64,000 nt of DNA, taken from the NCBI GenBank assembly GCA_051418015.1, contig JBPRGF010000033.1, positions 427,564-491,563 on the forward strand. Direction: 5' to 3'. How positions within the stretch are numbered: the stretch's first letter is position 1; every line of letters starts with the position of its first letter. Positions 9,523 to 20,294 of the stretch are shown here, in pieces. The translations under genes were made by a program, and so were the position numbers. The notes beneath the pieces were generated by a model. It made no database searches and had not been told where the DNA came from. It saw nothing but the letters and a program-made list of their open reading frames with translations. The stretch is from Candidatus Nitrospinota bacterium M3_3B_026. GTDB lineage: Bacteria; Nitrospinota_A; UBA7883; JBPRGF01.

Positions 9523-10536
9523 TCAGCCGACACGCAACTTCGCCAGGATATCCTCCGGGGCAGGGCGCGCGGAGACGGTGAACGCGCTTTCGTCCCCCTT
9601 GCGGTGATATTTTATCTCCAAGGGGTCGCCGTTGGTCCTGTCGCAATACCGCGCCGCGACGGCTCCGGCCAGCTCCACGGACTCGCGGGATAGCTTGCCG
9701 CGGGCGACGGAGAGCGGCCCGCGCGCCCGGGCGGGGTAGAAGATGAAATCCTCAGGCCGGGCCATTCTCTTGAGCTTTTCGTTTTCCTCGTGGTCACGCC
9801 CCACGATCAGCTTCAACTCGTCCGTTATTCTGAAATGCCTCCCCAGGCGAAGGAGCCTTGCGTCCTTGACGGAGGCGGACTCGTCATGGGCGAGCATGTC
9901 CTTCATCCTCATTGCGAAGTGGGGGTCCGTGAGCAGGCATCCGCCGGAGGAGCAGAGATTGTCGGTCATGCCGAACTCTTCCTTGGCGATCTTGATCTGC
10001 TCCTTTCGGGAACGGCCGTGGATGGCGAGCATCTTCTCCCTGTCGATAAGCCCTTCCTTCTCCGGGACAGTCGGCGGCAAAAGCTTCGCGCACAGCGGCC
10101 GGACAACCAGGCCGGAAAGACCCGCCTCACGGTCGATGAGGTTCATCCTGTCGAGCTTCTGGGACATCCCACGCTGGCCCAGCACCTCGCCGGTGAATAT
10201 GAACGCCGCGCCCTCCTCATCCATGATCTCCTTCGCGCGGCGGAAGATCATGATCCTGCAATCCACGCACGGGTTCATATTCTTGCCGTAGCCGTGCTCG
10301 GGATTCCTTACGAGGTCTATGTACTCCCTGCCCATGAACTCCACCCTGGCGGGGACTCCCAGCTCCTCGGCCAGGCGCGCTGCCTCGTTCTTGCATCCAT
10401 GGCCCTTGTGAGTGCAGGTGCAGAAGGGGCTCGTGAAGTTCAGGGCGATTATGTCGAAACCCAGCTTTTTCATTATTCGGGCCGCCAGCGTGCTGTCCAG
10501 CCCGCCGGACAGCAGCCCTATAGTCTTTACAGCCAA
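9523..10536 (-). CDS. PP-loop tRNA thiouridylase-like protein (MnmA/ThiI-related)
   Basis: SGGLDS PP-loop, NPCVDCR, TGEVLGQR, GGCLLT; adjacent to cysteine desulfurase. Confidence 0.75.
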   Translation of the reverse strand: MAVKTIGLLSGGLDSTLAARIMKKLGFDIIALNFTSPFCTCTHKGHGCKNEAARLAEELGVPARVEFMGREYIDLVRNPEHGYGKNMNPCVDCRIMIFRRAKEIMDEEGAAFIFTGEVLGQRGMSQKLDRMNLIDREAGLSGLVVRPLCAKLLPPTVPEKEGLIDREKMLAIHGRSRKEQIKIAKEEFGMTDNLCSSGGCLLTDPHFAMRMKDMLAHDESASVKDARLLRLGRHFRITDELKLIVGRDHEENEKLKRMARPEDFIFYPARARGPLSVARGKLSRESVELAGAVAARYCDRTNGDPLEIKYHRKGDESAFTVSARPAPEDILAKLRVG

Positions 10537-10573
10537 TTCACGCGCCTTTCCTGATATCGGTTTTTCGGCTCTG

Positions 10574-11581
10574 TCAATACAGTATTTCTATGTATGCCTG
10601 GGAGCGCAAACGATCAAGCCACGCGTCCTTCTTCTTTTGGAAGGCCTCTTCTCGCATGAGAGCCATCACCTTCTCCTTCACCTCATCGAAAGGCAGAGGC
10701 CTGGGCTCTATCCTGTCCGTGACCTTGATGAGATGGAAGCCGTAGCGCGTGACCGCAGGGCCCCCCACTTCGCCCGTGTCGAGGGCGAAGGCGGCCTCTT
10801 CGAAGGCGGGGACCATGGACCCCCTGGTGAACCAGCCCAGGTCGCCCCCGTTTTTCGCCGCGCCGTCCTGCGACTCTTTTTTCGCGACCTCGGCGAAGTC
10901 GGCTCCGTTTTTTATCCTTTCCAACAGCTCCCTTATTTTCTGTTTAGCCTTCCTGTAGTTCTTGGGGTCACCTTCCTGTGAGGCCAGCAGGACAATATGG
11001 CTTGCGCGGATTTTCTCCTTCGGGGGATCCATGAACATCTTCCTGTTCCGCTCATAGTATGCGCGCGCCTCCTCCTCCGTGACGTTCACGCCGGTCACTT
11101 CGAGGCTGGAAATCTTGCGGGAGAGCATCTGTTCGCGCATCTTCTCCCTGTAGTCGTCCATACTCATCCCCTGAGCCTTCAGGGCCTGTTCGAACTGGTC
11201 ATAGGTTATAGAGTTGCCCTCCAGCACCCTGTCTATGGCCTGGTCCACCTCGCCTTCTTTCACGGTGACGTTGCTCTCCTTCGCGTAGTGGGCAATCACC
11301 TTTTCGTCTACCATGGATGACAGAACGGTCCGCTCCGAGAGCCTTCCCGGCGGGATGGCCCCCTCGTCCGGGCCGGCGAGCCTTTTTACAAGCTCTATCC
11401 TTTTCCTCACGTCGGAAAGGAGTATTATCTCCCCGTTGACGTTGGCCACCACCCTGTCCACGATTTCCGCGCGCGCCGGGGCGGAAAAGGCCGCCCCCGC
11501 GGCGAGGGTCAGGACAAGGACGCGGACAAGACCGCGGAGTGAATCTTTATCGGCGTTTTTTTCTTCAAAGTCTCCAGCCAT
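10574..11581 (-). CDS. SurA-like periplasmic chaperone/parvulin PPIase
   Basis: EIVDRVVANVNGEII SurA N-domain; RASHIV, GGDLGWF, GFHLIKV; start overlaps the upstream gene by 73 nt and is uncertain. Confidence 0.88.
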   Translation of the reverse strand: MAGDFEEKNADKDSLRGLVRVLVLTLAAGAAFSAPARAEIVDRVVANVNGEIILLSDVRKRIELVKRLAGPDEGAIPPGRLSERTVLSSMVDEKVIAHYAKESNVTVKEGEVDQAIDRVLEGNSITYDQFEQALKAQGMSMDDYREKMREQMLSRKISSLEVTGVNVTEEEARAYYERNRKMFMDPPKEKIRASHIVLLASQEGDPKNYRKAKQKIRELLERIKNGADFAEVAKKESQDGAAKNGGDLGWFTRGSMVPAFEEAAFALDTGEVGGPAVTRYGFHLIKVTDRIEPRPLPFDEVKEKVMALMREEAFQKKKDAWLDRLRSQAYIEILY

Positions 11582-12495
11582 TCCTTGAACATCTCCTCCC
11601 GTTTAGGCTCCAGCAATATCTTCCTGATCCGCCCGGAAGCCTCCTCATAACTCATGGTGCGGGAATCCTCCCTCTCCACCACCCTGAAAATGTGGAAGCC
11701 GTATATGGATTTTACCACCTCGGATATGTCGCCCGTCCCGAGATCGAAAACAACGCCTTCCAGTTCCGGCGGAAGGAGCCCCTCGCTGATGAAGCCAAGG
11801 TCGCCTCCCTCGGCCGCCTCCGGGCTTTGCGAGACCTCCCTGGCTGTCTCCGAAAAGTCCGCTCCGTTCAGCAGTTTTTCCCTGACCTGCTCGGCCGTGG
11901 TCTCGTCGTGGACCATGATCTGCATCACGTGAGCCCGCCGGGGCCAGACGAAGCTGTCCGCGTTCTCTTTGTAATATTTTTCCACTTCATCCTTTGTGAC
12001 CTCAACCTTCGAGTCCACCTCCAACTTCACCAGGGCCTCGACTTTCATCCTGGTCTCCAGGTATTTTTTCCATTCATCGAAGGTGAAACCGCTCTCCGCC
12101 AGGGCTATCCCCAGCCTGGCCTCGTCATACTCGCCGAGTAGCTCCCTGACTCTCCGCTCCAGAGACTCAGGCGTCACGGTCACATTTTTTTCTTCCGCCT
12201 CGATTTCCAGCGCGGCGTTGTTTATCAGGCGTGTGAGCAACGCCTCCCTGATCCTCTCCTCGCCCTGGTTTTCCATTCCCTTGACGCCGAGCAACGATCT
12301 GTACCTGGCGAACTCGGCTTCGAGCTCGCCCAGGGTTATCTTCCTCTCGCCTACCTCGGCCACAACCGCTTCGGGGGCGTTTTTTGTCTCCGTCTCGCCT
12401 TCCAGGGGCTTTTCGCACCCCTGCGACAGGGCTCCCGCCGCGGCCAGGGCGGCGATCGCTATCCTTAATACTCTCATATTCCTCATAACGGTCAA
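11509..12495 (-). CDS. PrsA/SurA-like parvulin PPIase, probable lipoprotein
   Basis: Signal peptide with SQGC; GGDLGFI, SIYGFHIF. Confidence 0.85.
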   Translation of the reverse strand: MTVMRNMRVLRIAIAALAAAGALSQGCEKPLEGETETKNAPEAVVAEVGERKITLGELEAEFARYRSLLGVKGMENQGEERIREALLTRLINNAALEIEAEEKNVTVTPESLERRVRELLGEYDEARLGIALAESGFTFDEWKKYLETRMKVEALVKLEVDSKVEVTKDEVEKYYKENADSFVWPRRAHVMQIMVHDETTAEQVREKLLNGADFSETAREVSQSPEAAEGGDLGFISEGLLPPELEGVVFDLGTGDISEVVKSIYGFHIFRVVEREDSRTMSYEEASGRIRKILLEPKREEMFKEWLETLKKKTPIKIHSAVLSASLS

Positions 12496-12528
12496 GACGG
12501 GGGATCAACGAAACCCCAATCTTTCATT

Positions 12529-15500
12529 TTAATTCTTTGCCCCCTCCGCGTCGATACTCACGGCGCCGGCCTCGGCCGAACCTTCAAGCAGATATCCCAG
12601 AAATCCGCGGATGGCCCCGTACCTCGCCTTCCAGCACGAGCCTTCGACCGTGAACTCCGCCGTCGTTTCCGAGGTGAACTTCAGCCTCCTTCCGAGCTCG
12701 TAGGCCGCCGTGACGGCAATATCCGGGCGCAATGGGGTGGACTTGTCGAAGCTCAGGATCAGCCTGTCCCGGATGACGTCCACCCTCTCCACTTTCAGTC
12801 TCTTGCAGAGCGCCCTTATCATCGCCACGGCCAGCAGCTTCTCCGTCTCCTCCGGCGGAGGGCCGAAGCGGTCTTTCATCTCCGCCTCCAGTTCCCGGAC
12901 GTCCTCCGGGCCGGAGGCCTCGTTCAAGCGGTTGTAAAACTCCATGCGCTGGGTCAGGCCGGGGACATACTCCGGCGTGATCCTGCCGTCCAGGCCAAGA
13001 TTCATGCTCACGTCGAATCGCTCCGGCGGCGCTTCGCCCTTCAGCTCGCGGATGGCGTCCTGGAGCATCTCGATGTAGGTGTCGAACCCCACCTCGTCGA
13101 TGTGGCCGGACTGCTCCGATCCGAGCAGGTTGCCCGCGCCCCGTATCTCCATGTCCCTCGCCGCCAGCCGGAATCCGGAACCCAACTCCGAAAGCTCCTC
13201 TATCGCCTTGAGCCTCTTACGGGCGAGATCCTTGACGGAGGACAGGCCGGGTACCAGCAGGAGGCCGTAGGCCCTGTGCCTGTCCCGCCCCACCCGGCCG
13301 CGGAGCTGGTAGAGCTGGGCGAGGCCAAACTGGTCGGCCCTGTTGATGATTATGGTATTGGCGGAGGGGATATCCAGTCCAGACTCTATGATGGTAGTGC
13401 AGACCAGGACGTCGAATCGCCTGTCCAGAAAATAGGTCATCACCCGCTCCAGCTCCCGCTCCGGCATCTGGCCGTGGGCGGCGGCCACGCGGGCCTCGGG
13501 GACGACGTTTTGGACGTACCGGGCCATCTTGTGTATGGACAGGACCTTGTTGTGGACGAAGAAAACCTGCCCTCCCCTGTCCATCTCCCGCAGGACCGCC
13601 TCGCGGATCACATTGTCCGAGAATTTCGTTATGACGGTCTTTATCGACATCCTGGCCGGCGGCGGCGTCTCTATCACCGACAGGTCGCGTATCCCCAGCA
13701 TGGCGGTGTGCAATGTCCTGGGGATGGGCGTCGCGCTGAGCGTGAGGACGTCCACGCCCCGGCTTATGGCCTTCAGCCTCTCCTTGTGGGCGACACCGAA
13801 GCGCTGCTCCTCGTCTATTATGACCAACCCGAGGTTTTTGAACTTCACGTCTCTTTGCAGCAGCCTGTGGGTGCCGATGAGGATATCCACCATGCCGGCG
13901 GCGGTCCGCTCCAGGATATCCTTCTGCTCCTTCGCGGACTTGAACCTGCTGATGAACTCCACCGAGACGGGAGTGGCCTTGAACCTTTCGGCGAAGGTCT
14001 GGTAATGCTGCTGGGCCAGCAGCGTCGTCGGGACAAGAGCGGTCACCTGCCCGCCGTCGTACACAGCCTTGAAAGCGGCGCGCATGGCGACCTCTGTCTT
14101 GCCGTAACCCACGTCACCGCATATCAGCCTGTCCATCGGCTTCGGGCTCTCCATATCCGCCGCCACGTCCCGGCAGGCGGCAAGCTGGCCCTCCGTCTCC
14201 TCGTATTCAAACGAGTCCGCGAACTCACGGTGGAACGCGCCGTCCGGCGAGCAGGCGCGGCCCTCCTTTATTTCCCGGGCGGCGTGTATCTTGAGGAGCT
14301 TTTCCGCCATCTCCATCACGCTCTTTTTCACCCTCGACCTGGTTTTTCTCCAGGTCGCGCCGCCCATCTTGTCGAGCTTGGGGTTCTGCCCCCCGCCGCC
14401 GTGATATTTCTTGAGCAGGTGTATGTTGTAAAGAGGCAGGAAGAGCTTCTGGCGGCCGGCGTATTCTATCTCCAGGTACTCGCCGGGCGTGTCGCCTATC
14501 GTCATCTCGGCGTTCCCCACGTAGCGGCCCACGCCGTGGAGGCGGTGCACCACGAGGTCGCCTTCCTTCAGGTCCTCCACGCCCGTCTCGAAGGCCCGCC
14601 CGGGACGACGGACCCTGTGGCGGACGGCGGGAGCCTTGCCGAATATCTCGTCCTCGGTCATCACCGCCCACCTGTCGGAAGGGATCACGAAGCCGGAGGC
14701 GAGCTTCCCGGCCGTTATGTAAAGGTTTTCCTCGTAAATGTCACGCTGGGGCGAGGTCAGGCTCTCCACCATCCGCTTGAGACCTTCCGCCGTGAGCGTC
14801 CCCGCGCCGAGCCCTTCCTCCCGCAAAATCCTGGAGAGTCTATCGGCCCCTCCCCTGGAAGAGGCGGCCAGGATGACGGTATAGCTTTCGGATATCTTTT
14901 CGCGCAGGTCGGAGACGAACGCCCGCATGTCGCCCCCGTGGCGGGTTGAGGAGCGGGCGGGGATGATGAAGGTTCTTTCGTCACCGTCCTCGACGGCCAA
15001 CTCGCGCATGGCCAGGAGCCCGCCGCCCGCTATGGCGCTCTCGAGCCTTTCTTTTTCAAGGAACAGGTTTTCCGGCGGCGGCGCGATCCTCCCCTCATCC
15101 CTGGAGACGGCGCGCTCTTCCTCAATCAGGGACTGGAAAGACTCAAGCTGCTTTTCAATGTTGTCCGGCTCGTCCTGGATTATCGCGGCGGAGGGGGGGA
15201 GATAGTCGAAAATGTCCGCCCCATCGGGAAAAAACAGGGGGTAGAGCGACTCCATCCCATCGAAAAAAACACCTTCCCGCAAAGCCTCTTCGACCTCGGC
15301 GAGCTGCCCCTCCGGCGCCCCGTGTTCCCCGGCGCGCTCTCGCAGGCCCAGGGCCAGCTTGTCCCTTTCCCGGCCATGATAGAAAACTTCCCGGAACGGG
15401 AGTACGACCGTTCTGTCCGTTTCCTCCACGGAGCGCTGGTTGTCCGGGTTGTAGAACCTAACGGACTCCACCTCGTCTCCGAAAAGCTCTATCCGGACAG

Positions 15501-16065
15501 GCAGCCGGCCAGCGCCGGAAAAGATGTCGACAATCCCCCCACGGATGGAGAACTCCCCCCTCTCCGCGGCCACGGGGGCTCTTGTGTATCCCAGGGACAC
15601 GAGCCGTTCCGCCAGGCGCTCAAGTCTCAGCATGTCGCCGGTTTTCACCTTCAGCGCGGCCCGGCGCAGAACCTCCGGGGGAACGGTCCTGCGCGCCATG
15701 GCCTCCACGGTGGTGACAAGGACGAACCTGTCCGGCGCCGCCAGCAGTTCCGAAAGCGTCAAAAGCCTCTGGCCGGCGATTTCCGGGTGCGGCGGCGTCT
15801 CCTCGTACGGCAGAACCTCCCACTGGGGGTAGTAATAGACCGGCGCCGCGCCCGTTCCCATGGGCATGAAAAACTTCAGCGTCTCGAAAAACTCCTCCGC
15901 CCTCGACGCCTTGTCGACGACCACCACAACGGGCCTTGCGAGCCTCTCCACGAGCGTCGCCGCGACGAGCCCCTTCGCGGAGGACGCCAATCCGTTTATG
16001 GAGACAGGCCCGGCGCTGGCGCCGATTTTTTCAATGACTGTTTCCAGCCCGTAAAGTGATATCAT
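12529..16065 (-). CDS. mfd: Transcription-repair coupling factor
   Basis: UvrB-homology region, CarD-like RID, CGDVGYGKTEVA, DEEQRFGV, QLRGRVGR, TRCF C-terminus. Confidence 0.97.
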   Translation of the reverse strand: MISLYGLETVIEKIGASAGPVSINGLASSAKGLVAATLVERLARPVVVVVDKASRAEEFFETLKFFMPMGTGAAPVYYYPQWEVLPYEETPPHPEIAGQRLLTLSELLAAPDRFVLVTTVEAMARRTVPPEVLRRAALKVKTGDMLRLERLAERLVSLGYTRAPVAAERGEFSIRGGIVDIFSGAGRLPVRIELFGDEVESVRFYNPDNQRSVEETDRTVVLPFREVFYHGRERDKLALGLRERAGEHGAPEGQLAEVEEALREGVFFDGMESLYPLFFPDGADIFDYLPPSAAIIQDEPDNIEKQLESFQSLIEEERAVSRDEGRIAPPPENLFLEKERLESAIAGGGLLAMRELAVEDGDERTFIIPARSSTRHGGDMRAFVSDLREKISESYTVILAASSRGGADRLSRILREEGLGAGTLTAEGLKRMVESLTSPQRDIYEENLYITAGKLASGFVIPSDRWAVMTEDEIFGKAPAVRHRVRRPGRAFETGVEDLKEGDLVVHRLHGVGRYVGNAEMTIGDTPGEYLEIEYAGRQKLFLPLYNIHLLKKYHGGGGQNPKLDKMGGATWRKTRSRVKKSVMEMAEKLLKIHAAREIKEGRACSPDGAFHREFADSFEYEETEGQLAACRDVAADMESPKPMDRLICGDVGYGKTEVAMRAAFKAVYDGGQVTALVPTTLLAQQHYQTFAERFKATPVSVEFISRFKSAKEQKDILERTAAGMVDILIGTHRLLQRDVKFKNLGLVIIDEEQRFGVAHKERLKAISRGVDVLTLSATPIPRTLHTAMLGIRDLSVIETPPPARMSIKTVITKFSDNVIREAVLREMDRGGQVFFVHNKVLSIHKMARYVQNVVPEARVAAAHGQMPERELERVMTYFLDRRFDVLVCTTIIESGLDIPSANTIIINRADQFGLAQLYQLRGRVGRDRHRAYGLLLVPGLSSVKDLARKRLKAIEELSELGSGFRLAARDMEIRGAGNLLGSEQSGHIDEVGFDTYIEMLQDAIRELKGEAPPERFDVSMNLGLDGRITPEYVPGLTQRMEFYNRLNEASGPEDVRELEAEMKDRFGPPPEETEKLLAVAMIRALCKRLKVERVDVIRDRLILSFDKSTPLRPDIAVTAAYELGRRLKFTSETTAEFTVEGSCWKARYGAIRGFLGYLLEGSAEAGAVSIDAEGAKN

Positions 16066-16243
16066 TCCCCATTGCTATCGTTAATCGTTAAAACCTCCGG
16101 ACGGAGCTTTGGCCGGGGAGCCAGGCCCGTCCGTCATTCCCGGCCGCCACCCGGCGGAACATGTTGCGTTTATTCCTTCCATTATGTTCTAATTTCTTGT
16201 TATTGTCAGTTAAAGATGACGCGCCGCGCAAGCGGCGGGAAAA

Positions 16244-16335
16244 ACACATGTTTTCCGATCCTCCACGGCGGCGGGTGCGGCTTTTCTCAAAAAAGGCCGT
16301 TCGCCGGGAGGAGATGACGAAAACAGAGGAAACAA
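16244..16335 (+). ncRNA. Probable ribosomal protein S2 leader (t44-like) cis-regulatory RNA
   Basis: Upstream of rpsB: TGTTT..AAACA and TCCTCC..GGAGGA pairings around GGGTGC, followed by GAGG, the layout of rpsB leaders; boundaries approximate. Confidence 0.5.
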
Positions 16336-16360
16336 CTTGCTGGAAGGAGATTTTCAGACC

Positions 16361-17269
16361 ATGACGGAGCCATCCCCGGACATTTCCATCAGGACTTTAA
16401 TGGAGGCCGGCGTCCACTTCGGCCACCAGACAAAACGCTGGAACCCGAAAATGCGAAAGTACATTTTCGGGTCGCGAAACGGCATCAACATTATCAACCT
16501 GAGAAAGACCGCCCCCCTTCTCGGCAAGGCGCTGGAGTTTTCAAAAAAGGTCGCCGCCGACGGAGGCAAGATCCTGTTCATAGGCTCCAAGCCCCAGGGC
16601 AAGGAGATCGTGAAGGAGGAGGCGATCCGCTGCGGGATGCCGTACGCCACGGAGCGCTGGCTGGGCGGAATGCTCACGAACTTCGAGACCGTCAAGAAAA
16701 GCGTCGCCCGCCTGAGAGATCTCGACCAGATGGAAGAGGACGGCGCCTTCGAGGCATTGTCGAAAAAGGAGTCCGCCAAGCTGCAGAAGGAACGGGGCAA
16801 GCTTCTGAAGAACCTCGGCGGTGTGAAAGACATGGACCGCCTCCCGGACGCTCTTTACATAGTGGATACCAAGAAAGAGAGCATCGCCCTGAAGGAGGGG
16901 CTGAAGCTTGGCATCCCGATAATCGCTATCGTGGACACGAACTGCGACCCCGACGGCATAGAATACATCATCCCCGGAAATGACGACGCGGTGAAATCCA
17001 TCCGGTTGGCGACCTCCGCCATAGCTGGAGCCATCATGGAAGGCGTCAACGAGCATGGCATAAGGCAGAAGGCCCTGGCCGAGGAGATGGAGCGGGAGGC
17101 CGAAAGGAAGAAGGCCGAGGCAGAGGCCGCCAAAGCCAAGGCTGAGGCCGAAAAGGCTGCGGCGAAGAAGGAGGCAGAGGCCGAGCCCGTGGCCGCCCCA
17201 TCCCAGGAAGAACAGCCGGAAGAGCGCAAGGACAAGCCCGAAGAATCGGAGGGGGAAAAGAAAGAGTAA
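16361..17269 (+). CDS. rpsB: 30S ribosomal protein S2 with Ala/Lys/Glu-rich C-terminal tail
   Basis: [39 protein letters not shown]. Confidence 0.98.
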   Translation: MTEPSPDISIRTLMEAGVHFGHQTKRWNPKMRKYIFGSRNGINIINLRKTAPLLGKALEFSKKVAADGGKILFIGSKPQGKEIVKEEAIRCGMPYATERWLGGMLTNFETVKKSVARLRDLDQMEEDGAFEALSKKESAKLQKERGKLLKNLGGVKDMDRLPDALYIVDTKKESIALKEGLKLGIPIIAIVDTNCDPDGIEYIIPGNDDAVKSIRLATSAIAGAIMEGVNEHGIRQKALAEEMEREAERKKAEAEAAKAKAEAEKAAAKKEAEAEPVAAPSQEEQPEERKDKPEESEGEKKE

Positions 17270-17330
17270 AAAACCCCGAAAAGAGGCTTTTTTGATAACC
17301 TTAAGTTGACGGAGGAACCCAGAAGCCGAT

Positions 17331-18227
17331 ATGACCGTAACCGCTGAGATGGTAAAAGACCTGCGCAAAAAATCCGGCGTGGGAATAATGGAATGTAAAA
17401 GCGCCCTGAAAGAGGCCGGCGGCGACATGGACGCCGCCCTCGATATCCTGCGAAAGAAAGGCGCAGCCAAGGCCGCCAAGAAAGCTGACAGGTCCACCAC
17501 GGAGGGGGCCATAGGTGGGGCCGTGAAGGGCAATGTCGCGGCCCTGGTGGAAGTCAGGTGCGAGACGGATTTCGTGGCCCGCAACGAGAATTTTCAAAAG
17601 CTTTGCGCGGCGCTGGCCGAGCACGTCGCCGCCACGGGCCTGGACGAGGACGACGACGCCTTCCTGGCCAGGCAGTACACCGGGGACACATCCAAAACCG
17701 TGAACGATCTTGTCACGGAGAAGATACAGGAACTGGGGGAGAACCTTACGATTGGCCGAAGGGTGAGGCTCGAGCGCTCCGGCGCCGGCGGTTTTGGAAT
17801 GTACATCCACGCCGGTGGGGGCATGGCCGCCCTGGTGGAGGTGGACGCCGGCACTGAGGAGGCGGCGGCCTCTCCAGAGTTCGAGGGCGCTCTCAAAGAC
17901 CTCGCCATGCAGGTGGTGGCCTCCAACCCCATCGCCGTCGGGCCGGATGACGTTCCGGAGGATGTTCTGGCCAAGGAAAAGGAGATATTTGAGGCCCAGG
18001 CTAAAGAGTCCGGCAAACCGGACAAGATAATCCCGAAGATAGTGGAAGGCCGCGTCAGGAAATTTTACACCGAGGCCTGCCTGCTGGAACAGCCTTTCGT
18101 GAAAGACACCGACAAGAGCGTCGGCCAGTGGCTCGGAGAGACCGGGAAAAAGCTGGGCGCGGAGCTGGCGGTGAGGAGGTTTTCACGGCTCCAGCTGGGA
18201 GAGGCGCCTGCGGGGATGAATGAATGA
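17331..18227 (+). CDS. tsf: Translation elongation factor Ts
   Basis: [32 protein letters not shown]. Confidence 0.97.
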   Translation: MTVTAEMVKDLRKKSGVGIMECKSALKEAGGDMDAALDILRKKGAAKAAKKADRSTTEGAIGGAVKGNVAALVEVRCETDFVARNENFQKLCAALAEHVAATGLDEDDDAFLARQYTGDTSKTVNDLVTEKIQELGENLTIGRRVRLERSGAGGFGMYIHAGGGMAALVEVDAGTEEAAASPEFEGALKDLAMQVVASNPIAVGPDDVPEDVLAKEKEIFEAQAKESGKPDKIIPKIVEGRVRKFYTEACLLEQPFVKDTDKSVGQWLGETGKKLGAELAVRRFSRLQLGEAPAGMNE

Positions 18228-18949
18228 GCGGTCATGATCTGCCATATAAAAGAGTTCTTCTCAAAGTCACCGGGGAAGCGTTCGCCGAGGAAGGCTCACA
18301 GGGCATAGACGTCGAGGCTCTGCGTCACCTGGCCCTGGAGATAAAGGACGTGAACACCATGGGCGTCCAGGTGGCCGTAGTGGTGGGGGGTGGAAACATC
18401 TTCCGGGGCGCCGTGGCCAGCGAGGCCGGGATAGACCGTGTAACGGCGGACTACATGGGTATGCTGGGGACGATCATAAACGGCCTGGCCCTGCAGGACG
18501 CCCTGGAAAAGGAGAACTGCCAGACCCGGATGCTCACCTCCATCGACATCCACCAGCTGGCCGAGCCCTATGTCCGCAGGCGGGCCGTCCGCCACCTGGA
18601 GAAAGGCAGGGTGGTGATCTTCGCCGGGGGGACGGGCAACCCCTATTTCACCACCGACACCACCGCCAGCCTGCGCGCCATGGAGATACAGGCGGACGTG
18701 ATCCTGAAGGCCACCAAGGTGGACGGAGTGTACGACGCCGACCCCATGAAGGTCAGCTCCGCCAGGAAGTACAAGGAACTCAAGTTCATCGACGTGTTGA
18801 AGAACAACCTGCGGATCATGGACGCCGCGGCCATCTCCCTTTGCATGGAGAACCAGGTTCCCATAATAGTGTTCAACCTGAACGTGCCCGGGAACATAAG
18901 ACGGGTGCTGCAGGGAGAAGAGATAGGAACAATAGTGAGAGGACTGTAA
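18224..18949 (+). CDS. pyrH: UMP kinase
   Basis: [34 protein letters not shown]. Confidence 0.97.
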   Translation: MSGHDLPYKRVLLKVTGEAFAEEGSQGIDVEALRHLALEIKDVNTMGVQVAVVVGGGNIFRGAVASEAGIDRVTADYMGMLGTIINGLALQDALEKENCQTRMLTSIDIHQLAEPYVRRRAVRHLEKGRVVIFAGGTGNPYFTTDTTASLRAMEIQADVILKATKVDGVYDADPMKVSSARKYKELKFIDVLKNNLRIMDAAAISLCMENQVPIIVFNLNVPGNIRRVLQGEEIGTIVRGL

Positions 18950-18950
18950 G

Positions 18951-19505
18951 ATGGAGCGCGTGTTCGAGGAGGCGAAGCGCAAGATGGACGTGAGCCTTGA
19001 GCATCTGGCGAAGGAGTTTTCCGGCGTGCGAACGGGACGGGCCTCCGTCGGCCTGCTGGACGGGATCGAGGTGGACTACTACGGCGCCCAGACGCCGCTG
19101 AACCAGGCGGCCAACATCTCCACCCCGGACGCCCTGACCATCGCCATACAGCCATGGGAGCAGAAGATGATTCCGGTCATCGAAAAGGCCATCATGGCCT
19201 CCGACCTTGGCCTCACTCCCGCCAACGACGGCAAGGTCATCCGTATCAACATCCCTCCACTCACCGAGCAGCGCCGCAAAGAGCTTGTAAAGCACGTCCG
19301 CAAGATCGCTGAGGACGCCAGGATCGCCATGCGAAACGTCCGGCGAGACTGCATCGAAAAGATCAAAAAGCTCGAAAAGGACAAGGAAGTGTCCGAAGAC
19401 GAGGCCCGCAAAGGCGCCGACACCGCTCAGAAGATCATAGACGAGCACATCGAAATGGTGGACAAGATGACCGCCGATAAGGAAAAGGAGATCATGGCCC
19501 GGTAG
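18951..19505 (+). CDS. frr: Ribosome recycling factor
   Basis: RTGRAS, DYYG, PPLTEQRRKELVK, RNVRRD. Confidence 0.97.
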   Translation: MERVFEEAKRKMDVSLEHLAKEFSGVRTGRASVGLLDGIEVDYYGAQTPLNQAANISTPDALTIAIQPWEQKMIPVIEKAIMASDLGLTPANDGKVIRINIPPLTEQRRKELVKHVRKIAEDARIAMRNVRRDCIEKIKKLEKDKEVSEDEARKGADTAQKIIDEHIEMVDKMTADKEKEIMAR

Positions 19506-19523
19506 CCCGGGCGTGACGCGCGG

Positions 19524-20288
19524 ATGATGGCCCTGAACAAACACGCGGCCGGAATAGACACCGCCCGCCTCCCCCGCCACGTGGCGATCATAATGGATGG
19601 CAATGGCAGGTGGGCGCGGAAAAAGGGCCTGCCCCGCGTGGCCGGGCACAGGGCGGGGGTCAAGACCGTGGACAGGATCGTGACTTTCTCCCGCGAGTTG
19701 GGAATAAAGGCCCTGACGCTCTACTCGTTCAGCTTTGAAAACTGGAGAAGGCCCCGGTCCGAGATCAGCGCGCTGATGGGCATCCTGAAAAAATACCTCG
19801 CCAGGGAGCTGCCAAGGATGATGAAGGAAAACATAAGGTTTAACATCATCGGCAGGCTGGACCTCCTCCCGGACACGGCCAGGAAGGCCGTCCATGACGC
19901 CACGCTGAAAACCAGGGACAACGACGGCATGACGCTGACTCTCGCGCTCTCCTATGGCTCGCGGGACGAGATAACCCGCGCCGCGGTCAGGCTGGCCAGG
20001 GACATCCGGGAGGGCCTTGTCCGCCCGGAGGAGATAGACGAAGAGAAGCTCTCCTCCTATCTCGACACAAGGGATCTGCCCGACCCGGACCTGCTCATCA
20101 GGACCAGCGGGGAGCTTCGGATAAGTAATTTCCTGCTCTGGCAGATAGCCTACGCCGAGCTTTACTTCACGGACAAGCTGTGGCCCGACTTCACCGCGGA
20201 GGACATGGCCGAGGCGATCCTTTCCTACCAGCGAAGGGAGAGGCGCTACGGCAGGACCACCGAGCAGGCTGCCCGGGGAGGCGGCTGA
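19524..20288 (+). CDS. uppS: Undecaprenyl diphosphate synthase
   Basis: HVAIIMDGNGRWA, FSFENWRRP, IRTSGELRISNFLLWQ. Confidence 0.97.
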   Translation: MMALNKHAAGIDTARLPRHVAIIMDGNGRWARKKGLPRVAGHRAGVKTVDRIVTFSRELGIKALTLYSFSFENWRRPRSEISALMGILKKYLARELPRMMKENIRFNIIGRLDLLPDTARKAVHDATLKTRDNDGMTLTLALSYGSRDEITRAAVRLARDIREGLVRPEEIDEEKLSSYLDTRDLPDPDLLIRTSGELRISNFLLWQIAYAELYFTDKLWPDFTAEDMAEAILSYQRRERRYGRTTEQAARGGG

Positions 20289-20294
20289 CATCCC

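Noticed and set aside
13102..14949. 615-aa plus-strand ORF, and similar long antisense ORFs at 18873-21002, 30676-32097, 38173-39876, 51116-52627 and 58586-60274
   Set aside because: They lie opposite well-supported genes, have no recognisable motifs, and are expected shadows of high-GC3 coding DNA
17060..17269. Repetitive GAGGCC/AAGGC tract
   Set aside because: Low-complexity Ala/Glu/Lys tail of S2, common in many bacteria
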